Source: Deltaproteobacteria bacterium (GTDB taxonomy: Bacteria; Myxococcota; JACRCW01). Taken from it: 20,000 nt of DNA. The number at the start of each line of letters is the position of its first letter. Position 1 is the first letter of the stretch. Location of the stretch: positions 53,470-73,469 of the forward strand of contig JACRCW010000022.1 of NCBI GenBank assembly GCA_016218805.1, written 5' to 3'. The translations under genes and the position numbers were made by a program. Under the pieces are notes generated by a model. The model saw nothing but the letters and a program-made list of their open reading frames with translations. It made no database searches and was not told the origin of the DNA. This document shows positions 8,164-16,852 of the stretch, one piece after another.

Positions 8164-11067
8164 ATGCACCTCCGCCTGTTTGTTCTCGTTGTGGCCAGCG
8201 CGCCGGCCTTGGTGGGATGCCCGGACCGGTGCACGTCGGACGCGGACTGCCCGGGGTCGGGCGAGGCCTGCGTGGATGGGACGTGCGGCCCGGGCGGCGG
8301 GGGCAACACCTCCTCGTCGTCCTCCGGCTCCGTTTCCGCCTCATCCAGTCGGGCAATGACTTCATCCATGGCCACCAGTGCCAGCGCGCCGTCTTCCGGC
8401 AGCCGCGGCTCGTCGTCGGGCACCGCGACTTCTGCGGCCTCGCTGCCGGCGTCATCCTCCTCGTTGACCGCCACGAGCGATGGTCCATCTTCCAGTTCCG
8501 CGCTGGGCGCCTCGTCGTCCGCATTGTCTTCCACGGGGAGCACCGGACCGTCGCCCGCGTCGTCCTCCATGACGAGCACCGGCTCATCGTCCGCAAACTC
8601 CAGTTCGAGTGCCGGCGGCCCCTACCACGTCAGCGGCCAGTTGGTGGGCGATGCGGGCGTTGGCGTCGTGATCGCGCTCAACGGCTCCGAACAACTCACG
8701 CTGGGAGCGGCAGGTGCGTTCGCGTTCACCACGGACCTTGCCAGCGGCGCAACGTACGACGTCACGGTGGTTGCCAGGCCGCCGAATGTCGCCTGCACGC
8801 TCCAGGGTGGCTCCGGCGCCGTCAGCGGCGCCGACGTGACCGCCGTTGTGATCACCTGCGTCCCCTCCTTTGGCCTGTACGCGTCCGGTGAGGGCTGGAA
8901 TGACTGGTTGGTGAACGATGGCGCCGATTCCCTGAGCGCGACGGGGACTGCATGCACCCGCACGCTTGCCGGGACCGGGTGGGATCCGTGTTTCCACGCT
9001 GGCGAAATACGCGCCCTGGAACTGCGCGACGTGCCGGATTGCGTTGGGGTCATGCTCACCGACGCCCTGGACGCGTTCACCTGGACGTGTGACGACACGG
9101 GCGGCACCGTCCGGGCCATCTCCAAGGGACTCAAAGACGGCCGGTATCTGTCGCACCTGCTGAACTTCACGGCGCCCGTCGGATGGAAGGCCAACAGCGT
9201 CACCGCCCTGCGTGGCGCGGACGCGTACCCAAGCACACCGGCAGCGTGGTGGCCCAACCCCGTCGTCGCCCAGTTTGCCAGCGGGAACCTCTCCCAGGCG
9301 GGTACCATCTACGTCGTCACCGAAGACCTGGCAGCGAGCTTCAATCTTTCGGCCGACCGGGTCGGCCTGGTCATCGCGCCGGGATTCACGCTCCTGGGGC
9401 GGGGCGACACGACGGACCCCTGCGTGGAGACCACCACGTCGGCGGCGCGCGCGTTCCTGTGGGTCGAAGGGGACATCGACGCCACCGGCGACAAAGCGGC
9501 ACTCAGCCTGCCCATGACGTCTTTCAGCGTGGTCCGCGGGCTCACCACCCTTGGCGGCGAATCCGGCGACACGGTCTACTTCCCCACGGACAACGGCCTG
9601 TTCGTGGACGCAGCGCTCACGGGCTCCCGCCAGGGTTCGCTCTGGCTCGACGGAAGTTTCGGCCGGGTCCGCAACGTCACGGTCACCGAGTCGGGGGTCA
9701 GCTCGACGGGCGGGGACGCCGGCATCTACCTCGGGGCGAATTTCGACGACAACGATGTCGCCGACATCTGGGTGCTGCGGACCGAGGGCAACGGAATCCA
9801 CGTTGGGACGTCATCCTGCTGCGCGGAGCGGAACGTCTTCCGGCGCATTCGCGTGCTGCAGGCGGGCGGCAACGGGATCTCCATCAGCCACATGCGGCAC
9901 AATGTCTTTGACGACGTGGTGGTCGCCGACAGCGGTGTGCGGACCCCGTCCACCGCCGCCGGGATCACGTTCGGCAGCTATGTCTACGCCAACGTGTTCC
10001 ACCGGGTGCGCTCCACTTCCAACGGCGGGGCGGCGCTCTACCGGAACGGCTACAATCTGGTGTTCCTGGACAGCGTTCTGACCGGGTCGGACTATGAAGG
10101 TGCGGGTGACGAGCGCGGCGTACATGCCCCGGATGGGAGCGTATTCATCGCGACGACAATTGCGCACCACACGGGCGGCGGCGTGGACGTGGAACAACTC
10201 ATGGACCGGATGGTCTTCATGGCCACCGCCATCGTGGCCAACGGCGTCGGAGAATCGGGAGGAATATCTTCCACCGGGCTCTACCTGCAGGGAGACGACA
10301 ACCGGTTCATTGACACGGCCATCACAGACTCTGAGACGCAGGACGTCTACGCCTCGCAGTTCGCGTCCAACGACCAATTCGAGGGCATTCTGCTGCTGAC
10401 CAACCAGGCGACGAGTTGTTACGTCTCCAGCCTCGCCATCTCACCGGGAATCACCGGAACCTGCACGGGTGCTGCGGGCACGGTGACGTTCGGCTCGGCC
10501 GCGGGGTCTTTCGTCGGTGCGGTGTCCACGGATGACGTGGCGAACGCGTCGGACACCAACGGTGTTGGCACATGGGCCGCCATCACGGACTGGGCTTCCT
10601 TCGACAACACGTTCCGCGTTTGGGAAGCGGCCGGTGCCACCATGACCTCCGGCTACGGGAACTGCCGCCTCACCGGGTCGTGCCGCATCTGGGATTGGAG
10701 CCTCAGTGCCAGCGACGACAAACTCCGCGACGTCCTGGCGCTGCCGACGGCGAGCGACGTGATTGTGAAGCAATGGAACATTGGCACCACGCAGACCGCC
10801 GCCCAGTGCACCCAGTTCAGCCCGGGCGGCGTGTGGAACACCATCTATGCGCGCTGCGAATCAACATTCCTCAACCACGCGATGGAGGTCCTGCTGGACG
10901 GAATCGGCAACGACAACGGGTTGTGCGAGTCCAACGAGACGTGCACCGTGACGCCGAACATTGGCGCCTACCAGGGCCACGGCACGCTGGTGCAGGTGGG
11001 AACCATTGGGGCCGGCGGCGCCGTGGAGAACGTGACGCTGCTGGGCTGGGACCAGAACGGCCGCTGA
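8164..11067 (+). CDS. Large secreted lipoprotein with Ser/Thr linker, Ig-like module and right-handed parallel beta-helix (pectin-lyase-like) region (967 aa)
   Basis: AGGGG RBS; lipobox LVG-C; Cys module; about 100-aa S/T linker; module Y.VSG.L.G...LNG.E.LT....GAF.F...LASGATYDVTV...P...CT...GSG.V.GADVT.V.ITC; beta-helix-like repeats (GIYLG, GNGIHVG, GNGISIS, GITFG); C-terminal cap DGIGNDNGLCESNETC...PNIGAYQG. Confidence 0.85.
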   Translation: MHLRLFVLVVASAPALVGCPDRCTSDADCPGSGEACVDGTCGPGGGGNTSSSSSGSVSASSSRAMTSSMATSASAPSSGSRGSSSGTATSAASLPASSSSLTATSDGPSSSSALGASSSALSSTGSTGPSPASSSMTSTGSSSANSSSSAGGPYHVSGQLVGDAGVGVVIALNGSEQLTLGAAGAFAFTTDLASGATYDVTVVARPPNVACTLQGGSGAVSGADVTAVVITCVPSFGLYASGEGWNDWLVNDGADSLSATGTACTRTLAGTGWDPCFHAGEIRALELRDVPDCVGVMLTDALDAFTWTCDDTGGTVRAISKGLKDGRYLSHLLNFTAPVGWKANSVTALRGADAYPSTPAAWWPNPVVAQFASGNLSQAGTIYVVTEDLAASFNLSADRVGLVIAPGFTLLGRGDTTDPCVETTTSAARAFLWVEGDIDATGDKAALSLPMTSFSVVRGLTTLGGESGDTVYFPTDNGLFVDAALTGSRQGSLWLDGSFGRVRNVTVTESGVSSTGGDAGIYLGANFDDNDVADIWVLRTEGNGIHVGTSSCCAERNVFRRIRVLQAGGNGISISHMRHNVFDDVVVADSGVRTPSTAAGITFGSYVYANVFHRVRSTSNGGAALYRNGYNLVFLDSVLTGSDYEGAGDERGVHAPDGSVFIATTIAHHTGGGVDVEQLMDRMVFMATAIVANGVGESGGISSTGLYLQGDDNRFIDTAITDSETQDVYASQFASNDQFEGILLLTNQATSCYVSSLAISPGITGTCTGAAGTVTFGSAAGSFVGAVSTDDVANASDTNGVGTWAAITDWASFDNTFRVWEAAGATMTSGYGNCRLTGSCRIWDWSLSASDDKLRDVLALPTASDVIVKQWNIGTTQTAAQCTQFSPGGVWNTIYARCESTFLNHAMEVLLDGIGNDNGLCESNETCTVTPNIGAYQGHGTLVQVGTIGAGGAVENVTLLGWDQNGR

Positions 11068-11086
11068 CGCAGCGCCGGACAGCCCC

Positions 11087-11104
11087 CTTCAAAGGACTCA
11101 GCGC
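11087..11104. repeat. 18-bp direct repeat copy 2, overlapping the hrpB stop codon
   Basis: Identical to 7859..7876 and includes the hrpB TGA (11098..11100). Confidence 0.9.
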
Positions 11105-13656
11105 TTGCGGGGCGCGGGCGGCTCGGCGGTCCGCGGGTCGTCGGGCCAGCTGTGCCGGGGGTAGCGGCGCATGAGTTCGCGGCGGATGGCGGGGTAGTGC
11201 CGGTCCCAGAAGCCAGCCAGGTCGTTGGTGATCTGCACGGCGCGTTGGTTGGGCGCCAGCAGGTGCACGTTGAGCGGGACGCGCCCGCCCATGATGCGCG
11301 GCGTCTGCATCTGGCCAAAGAAGTCCTGCAGGCGTGACGCCACCCAGGGCGGCTGTCCCTCCACGTAGGACACCGGTGCGCGGCGGCCACCCGGCAGGCG
11401 CACGTGCGTGGGGGCCTCGCGCTCCACCAGGGCCTGTTGCGCGGGAGACAACGCACCCCAGACGGCCTGCACCAGCCCCGCCTCGCGCAATTCCCGGAAT
11501 GACGCGCACCCCTCGCACATCGCCCGCAGCGTCTCGCGCACCGCGTCCTCCGTGAGGTCCGGAAGACCGGCGTCCGGGTGGTGCTGCGCCACCAGCCGCA
11601 CGCGCGCGCGCACCATGGCCAGCTCCTCCGCGTCCCCAAACGCGGCCGGACCCTGGTTGAGCGCCATCCGCGCCAGCAGCGCTGCCACCGCGGGATCGTC
11701 GGACCGGTCGCGCCGTTTCTCTTCCAGCACCAGTTGCATCAGCTTGAGGCGCGAGAACGCTTCCACGCGTTCTGCCTGCGCGTTCCAACTCGCCTCGGTC
11801 ACGTCTTCCAGCAGGTGCGGGACCGCATCCAACAACCAGTCCAGTTCAATCCCGCTGGCAAACGCAATCCGCACGCCCGAGTCCCGTCCGCCGGTCCGCT
11901 CCTCCACGTCAAGCGCAATGAGCAGCTCGCTGCCCGCCGCCGCACTGCCGGCGAGCAGCCGCGCGGTCCCGCCCGTGGCCAACAGGTACTCGGCATCCGT
12001 GCCGCGGCCGTGCCGCATCCCCACGCGGTCTGCGTACCCGGTAAGGAGCGCAAGTTGGAGCGCCTCGTCACGCTGCTGGCCGGGGAGCCCCCGGTCCCGC
12101 CCGCCCACCAGACCGCGCAACTGGCGCCGCACGCGGTCAATCCGCAGGACCGCGCCCACGTCCAGCCCCATCCGTTCCGCCCCGCGCGCAACTCCCCCCG
12201 ACGACGCGGCGGCCTCCAGCTGGTCCATGGCCGCCAGCGCATCACACCGGTGCGCGTGCTGCGCGTGCGCAGCGCCGGTGCCGCGCATGAACGCCGCCGC
12301 GTCACCAAGAATGGCCGCCAGGAGCGCCCCGTCCGACGGGAGACCGCGCTGCGCGGCCTCCAGCAGCACGCGGCCCTGCCGCGGGTGCAGCGGGAAGCGG
12401 ACCAGCCGTGCACCCAGCTCAGTGAGCGCGCCGTCCGTCGTCACCGCCCCCAGCAAGCGCAGCAGCGACTCGGCCGCATCCAACGCGGAGCGCTCCGGTG
12501 CTTCGTAGAAGGGGAAGGACGCCAGGTCGGTTTCGCCCGCGCCGTGCAAGGTCAACGCCGTCTCGGCCAGGTCCAGCCGCCGTATCTCCGGCGGCGTGTG
12601 CTCGGGCCGCGTGTCATGGTCATGGCGCGTGTACAGGCGCACGCACCGCCCCGGCCGCGTGCGTCCTGCGCGGCCCGCCCGTTGGGTTGCGGACGAGCGG
12701 CTGATGCGCGCAACGCGTAGAACCGGCAAACCGGACCATGCCGCGTGGGACGGGACGCGCGCCAGTCCGCTGTCAATCACCGCAACCACGCCGTCAATGG
12801 TGACGGAGGTCTCCGCGACGTTGGTGGACAGGATGAGCTTGCGCTTGGGGGCGGGCCGCACGGCGCGGCGCTGCTCGTCCGGCGTGAGGTCCGCATGCAA
12901 CGGCAGGCACAGCACGTCGTGCTGGTGGCACAAGGCAGCCGTGGCCTCCACGCAGCGCCGGATCTCCGCCATGCCCGGGAGGAACACCAGCACGTCGCCA
13001 TCCAGTCCCGCCTTCAGCATGCGGCGGAACGCATCCGCCACCTGCCGGTCCAGGTGGCGCCCCCCCTGCGCGGGCTCTGGCGCATCCGCGTACTCCACGT
13101 CCACGGGAAACACCCGGCCCGGCACCCGCATCACCGGGCAGTCGCCGAGAAACTTCGCCACGGGCAGTGCGTCCAGTGTGGCGCTCATGACCACGACGAA
13201 CAGGTCCGGGCGTTGCGTCCGCTGCAGACGCCGCACCAGCGCCAGCGCCAGGTCGCCGTGGATGTGGCGCTCGTGGAATTCGTCCAGGACCACCGCGCCC
13301 ACGCCCGGCAGCTCCGGCGCGGACAACAGCTGCCGCGCAAGAATCCCCTCCGTCACAAAACGCACGCGGGTGCCGGGCCCCGTCACGCCCTCAAACCGGA
13401 CCTGGAAACCCACGTGGCCACCCAGTGCATGCCCCCCCTCCTCAGCCACGCGCTCCGCCGCCATGCGCGCCGCCAGGCGGCGCGGCTCCAGCACCACCAC
13501 CTGCGGGTGGGACTGCCCAAGCAGCCCCACCAGCGCCGGGGGCACGCGCGTGGTCTTGCCGGCGCCCGGCTCCGCCTGCAGCACCAGGCACGGGTTGGCG
13601 CGCAGCAAGCGGGCGATCTCGGCCAAGTGGCCGTCGATGGGGAGGACTGGGTTCAT
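11098..13656 (-). CDS. hrpB: ATP-dependent DEAH-box RNA helicase HrpB (852 aa)
   Basis: Motifs AEPGAGKTTRVP, EPRRLAAR, DEFHER, MSAT, TNVAETSVTIDGV, QRAGRAGR and HPR; HrpB C-terminus RLQDFFG...LLAPNQRAVQITNDLAGFW...YPRHSWPDDP. Confidence 0.96.
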   Translation of the reverse strand: MNPVLPIDGHLAEIARLLRANPCLVLQAEPGAGKTTRVPPALVGLLGQSHPQVVVLEPRRLAARMAAERVAEEGGHALGGHVGFQVRFEGVTGPGTRVRFVTEGILARQLLSAPELPGVGAVVLDEFHERHIHGDLALALVRRLQRTQRPDLFVVVMSATLDALPVAKFLGDCPVMRVPGRVFPVDVEYADAPEPAQGGRHLDRQVADAFRRMLKAGLDGDVLVFLPGMAEIRRCVEATAALCHQHDVLCLPLHADLTPDEQRRAVRPAPKRKLILSTNVAETSVTIDGVVAVIDSGLARVPSHAAWSGLPVLRVARISRSSATQRAGRAGRTRPGRCVRLYTRHDHDTRPEHTPPEIRRLDLAETALTLHGAGETDLASFPFYEAPERSALDAAESLLRLLGAVTTDGALTELGARLVRFPLHPRQGRVLLEAAQRGLPSDGALLAAILGDAAAFMRGTGAAHAQHAHRCDALAAMDQLEAAASSGGVARGAERMGLDVGAVLRIDRVRRQLRGLVGGRDRGLPGQQRDEALQLALLTGYADRVGMRHGRGTDAEYLLATGGTARLLAGSAAAGSELLIALDVEERTGGRDSGVRIAFASGIELDWLLDAVPHLLEDVTEASWNAQAERVEAFSRLKLMQLVLEEKRRDRSDDPAVAALLARMALNQGPAAFGDAEELAMVRARVRLVAQHHPDAGLPDLTEDAVRETLRAMCEGCASFRELREAGLVQAVWGALSPAQQALVEREAPTHVRLPGGRRAPVSYVEGQPPWVASRLQDFFGQMQTPRIMGGRVPLNVHLLAPNQRAVQITNDLAGFWDRHYPAIRRELMRRYPRHSWPDDPRTAEPPAPRKR

Positions 13657-13787
13657 GGGTCAGCCGTCTGGCCTTGCCACGGCGACGCACACGCCAGCAA
13701 CGCACGCGCGCAGGGACCACGGCGCCCCGCGGCAGGGCACGTTCCATCCGCCGCCCCGGTGGAGGCCCGCGCGAGCGCCTGAGACGA

Positions 13788-13825
13788 CAACGCCCCGCGC
13801 GCCGGATGCGGCGAACGGGGCGTTG
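13788..13825 (-). terminator. Stem-loop downstream of the beta-propeller gene
   Basis: Perfect 10-bp stem CAACGCCCCG/CGGGGCGTTG encloses a CGCCG-GATG-CGGCG hairpin, about 19 nt after the stop at 13844. There is no clear U-tract. Confidence 0.5.
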
Positions 13826-13843
13826 CGTAAGAGCTACAAGGCG

Positions 13844-15172
13844 TCAGTAGTAGACGCGGCCCTTCTCACGCGTCTGCAGCGCGTCAAAGAACAGCAGCAC
13901 GCGGTCCGTCACCTGCGTCACCAGCAGCGTGAGGCCGTCACTGGTCAGGTTCACGGAATCCGGCGGCAGGGACAGGCCGGCGGGGCGCACCGCGGCTCCG
14001 CCAATGTCCAGCACGAACAGCTGCTTGTCCGCAATGAACGCGCGCCGCCCGTCAGGGCTCAGCGTGAAGGTGTTGAGCTTGGCGGGAGCGCCGGAGGTCT
14101 GGTGCCAGCGGCGGGTGGTCATGTCCAGCACGCGGATGTGCGAGAAGATGTCCATGGGCGTGTCCACCAGCAGGCGCTTTCCGTCTGGCGTGAAGATGTA
14201 GCGCGGCAGCTGGTCACCCACCGACTGGGTTTCAAACTCCAGCGTCCCCGTGTTGATGAACATCAGGTGATAGCGGTGCTGGCTGGACTTGACACCGTCG
14301 GGGATGGAGGTGCCCTCCGGGGCCTGCGCGTCACGGTCCAGGAAGGCCACCAGCAGGTTGCCGGCGGGTGACTTGGCCACGGGGCCAAAGCCGGGCAGCT
14401 GCCGCGTGACGCTGATCTGGTTGCCGGCCAGGGACAGCACCGTGACCGGGTCCTGCTGGCACAACGTGGGCGCCAGGAAGGCCGCGGTCTCGTCCTCGCT
14501 GACCACCACGTCATCCGCGCAGTTGTCCGCGTCCGTGGTGGATTCCTCCTCGCCGGTGTCCGTGTTGCGCACGCTGAGGGTGGTGCGCGGCGAGCCGGTC
14601 TCCCAGCTGGTTTCCTGCGTCACCAGCACGTGCGTACCGCCGTGCAGCACGTCCACGTCGCGGATGGTGGAGTTGGCGGGGGCGTAGGTTGCCACCTCGG
14701 AACCATCCGCCGCATCCAGGATCTGGAGGTTCTTCCCAGCCAGGATCACGCGGTTGCGCGTCACATCAATGCGCTGGTCCTTGCGCTCCGGCATGTCCTT
14801 GCGCCAGCGCTCGCGGCCCGCGGCGCGGTCGTAGCTCACCAGGATCTGGCGGCCGCCGTCGCGGGACACGGCGTAGAAGCCGTCGCCCTCGCCCCAGAAC
14901 GCCACGCGCTCCGGCGTGGGCATGCCGTCCACGGCCGCCGCGTCCTGGGACTGCGTCCCACCCAGCACCAGCGCCTTGCCCCGCAGCGTGAGGAAATAGT
15001 CCCCCAGCGGTGACACGGCGATATCACCGCTGCGGACGGCAATGCCGCCGGGCTTGTTGCCCGGGAACCGGCCGTTCCGGTTGGCGCCCCCAATGTTCCC
15101 GCCGGTCTCAAACTCAGCCGCGCACCCCGCCAGCCACACCATCACGCCCAGCCCAACCCAGGTTTTCGTCAT
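13844..15172 (-). CDS. Lipoprotein with YncE/PQQ-like beta-propeller repeats (442 aa)
   Basis: AGGAG RBS; lipobox LAG-C; blade motifs IAVSPLG, G.ERW, ILDAADG, FTPDGKRLLV, LSPDGRRAFI and LTSDGLTLLV. Confidence 0.8.
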   Translation of the reverse strand: MTKTWVGLGVMVWLAGCAAEFETGGNIGGANRNGRFPGNKPGGIAVRSGDIAVSPLGDYFLTLRGKALVLGGTQSQDAAAVDGMPTPERVAFWGEGDGFYAVSRDGGRQILVSYDRAAGRERWRKDMPERKDQRIDVTRNRVILAGKNLQILDAADGSEVATYAPANSTIRDVDVLHGGTHVLVTQETSWETGSPRTTLSVRNTDTGEEESTTDADNCADDVVVSEDETAAFLAPTLCQQDPVTVLSLAGNQISVTRQLPGFGPVAKSPAGNLLVAFLDRDAQAPEGTSIPDGVKSSQHRYHLMFINTGTLEFETQSVGDQLPRYIFTPDGKRLLVDTPMDIFSHIRVLDMTTRRWHQTSGAPAKLNTFTLSPDGRRAFIADKQLFVLDIGGAAVRPAGLSLPPDSVNLTSDGLTLLVTQVTDRVLLFFDALQTREKGRVYY

Positions 15173-15423
15173 GCGGAGCCCTCTCCTTTCCGTGGAGGCG
15201 CATCAAGCAGCTACAGGAGACCGCGCGGTGTGCGCGGACATGCCTCGCCTCGTGCAGACACGGACACCTTGCGCAGCAGATACTGAAACTCCGGATCCGC
15301 CCGTGCAACGCCCGGCCGGGCCCCACATGGGCCCACCTGCCGGCGGTTGACGCGCGGCGGCGTTTGCGGCGCCCCCCCCGGGCGTGGTCCATAGGACGAC
15401 GACGCGGACGGAGGAGCGGGCGC

Positions 15424-16293
15424 ATGTGGGCGGCCTGGCTGATGCTGGCGGTGCTCTGGGCGGGGGAGGAACCACCCGTCCCGGACGCGCCCCTGGTCCC
15501 GCCGCCGGACGCCGTGGAAGCGCCGGCGCCGTTGCCGCCTGAGCCCGCGCCCGGCACTGCGCCGCTCCCGCACGAGGGCGCAACCCTGCCGGCGCCCGCT
15601 CCAGTGGTGGAGCAGGACGAGGACGAGCCCCCGTCCGTGGCGCGCGGCGTGGTGGCCGCCGTGGGCGGCGGGGCCGCGGCGCTGGCGGTGCTCCAGGTCA
15701 CGGGGTTGACGGCCACGGCGTGCACCAGCGCGGGCCTGCTGCTGACGCTGTTGCCCGTGGCGCTGGATGCCAGCCCGTTCTCCTGCATCATGGTGCTGTG
15801 CGGGCTGGCGCCGGCGCAGTGCCTGCTGTTGGGCACGCTGCAACTGGCGGGTGCGCTGGTGGCCGGCCCGGTGGCCTACCTGGCGGCGCGGCAGTGGGGC
15901 GGGCGCCGCATCCCGCTGGTCCCGGTGCTGGCCGCGGTGGGCGTTCCGTCGGTGGCCAGCCTCGCCGTCGGCGCGTTCCTGTCGGTGGCGGGCACGCTGG
16001 CCAACGGCGTGTGCCTGTGCGTGTCGTTCGGGTGGTTCACCAACTACCTGATGACCCGGTGGGGCTGGGGCCAGCAGGAGGCCGAATACTACGCCCAGCG
16101 GCGTGCCGGTCCCGCGGTGTTCTACGGGATGTTTGTGGCCACGCAGCTGGTGGTGTTGCTGGGGCTGGCGGCGGGGAATGCGGCGGCGCTGGCACTGCTG
16201 GGATGGGTGACAGTGGCCGCCGGGCGCGAGAACCAACCGGAGGACCCGGTGACCCCGGACTGGCTCACCGTGGACGAACTGGCCGCGGAGTAA
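15424..16293 (+). CDS. Hypothetical integral membrane protein with signal peptide and Pro-rich linker (289 aa)
   Basis: GGAGGAG RBS before ATG 15424; high GC3; hydrophobic N-terminus, P/A/E-rich stretch, then about 5-6 Cys-containing hydrophobic helices. Confidence 0.7.
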   Translation: MWAAWLMLAVLWAGEEPPVPDAPLVPPPDAVEAPAPLPPEPAPGTAPLPHEGATLPAPAPVVEQDEDEPPSVARGVVAAVGGGAAALAVLQVTGLTATACTSAGLLLTLLPVALDASPFSCIMVLCGLAPAQCLLLGTLQLAGALVAGPVAYLAARQWGGRRIPLVPVLAAVGVPSVASLAVGAFLSVAGTLANGVCLCVSFGWFTNYLMTRWGWGQQEAEYYAQRRAGPAVFYGMFVATQLVVLLGLAAGNAAALALLGWVTVAAGRENQPEDPVTPDWLTVDELAAE

Positions 16294-16313
16294 CTCCTGC
16301 GCGTGCGGACCAC

Positions 16314-16781
16314 GCGCTGCCGCGGGCTCGCCAGGAGGCTCGCCCTCCCGTGGGGGGATCCATCGACGACGATGACAGCGCTGCCGCGGGCTCGCCAGGA
16401 GGCTCGCCCTCCCGTGGGGGGGTCCATCGACGACGATGACAGCGCTGCCGCGGGCTCGCCAGGAGGCTCGCCCTCCCGTGGGGGCTCCATCGACGACGAC
16501 GACAGCGCTGCCGCGGGCTCGCCAGGAGGCTCGCCCTCCCGTGGGGGCTCCATCGACGACGACGACAACGCTGGGCGGGCGAGGCTCAGGGAGCTCGCGA
16601 CCCTGTGGGCTTCATCGACGACGACAGGGCTGGGCGGGCGAGGCTCAGGGGGCTCGCGACCCTGTGGGCTTCATCGACGACGACAGCGCTGGGCGGGCGA
16701 GGCTCAGGGGGCTCGCTGCCCTGTGGGCTTCATCGACGAGACGACGACGACGACGGGAGGGCGAGGCTCCTGCCGAGCCCG
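16314..16781. repeat. Composite intergenic repeat array (REP/BIME-like): 4 x 63-64 bp unit A, 3 x ~59 bp unit B, 1 inverted A core
   Basis: A units start at 16314, 16378, 16442 and 16505 (GCGCTGCCGCGGGCTCGCCAGGAGGCTCGCCCTCCCGTGGGGG..TCCATCGACGACGA.GACA). B units start at 16568, 16627 and 16686 (GCTGGGCGGGCGAGGCTCAGGG.GCTCGC..CCCTGTGGGCTTCATCGACGA). 16754..16781 is the reverse complement of the A core at 26/28 identity. Confidence 0.92.
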
Positions 16782-16852
16782 GGCTCGTTGGGTGCTTGGT
16801 CCGTGCGAGAATCACCGCCGGATGGCTGCTGCGCGTGCGGGCCGCCCGCCGT

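Noticed and set aside
7877..11086. Autonomous mobile element (IS, prophage or integron cassette)
   Set aside because: No transposase, integrase or phage gene, no terminal inverted repeats and no attC-like structure was seen. It is reported only as a repeat-bounded insertion.
13801..13816. GCCGGATGCGGCGAAC resembling an enterobacterial REP
   Set aside because: Single short match with the second REP arm absent. It is better explained as the inner part of a local hairpin.
12596..14371. Long antisense or alternate-frame ORFs (e.g. 12596..14371 +, 7209..8579 -, 2692..4002 -, 8584..9801 -)
   Set aside because: Shadow ORFs of well-supported genes, mostly Arg/Pro/Ala-rich and without motifs, as expected in 70% GC DNA.
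16314..16781. CRISPR array
   Set aside because: The 59-64 bp period is CRISPR-like, but the intervening sequences are themselves repeated (no unique spacers). There is no AT-rich leader and no cas gene in the window.
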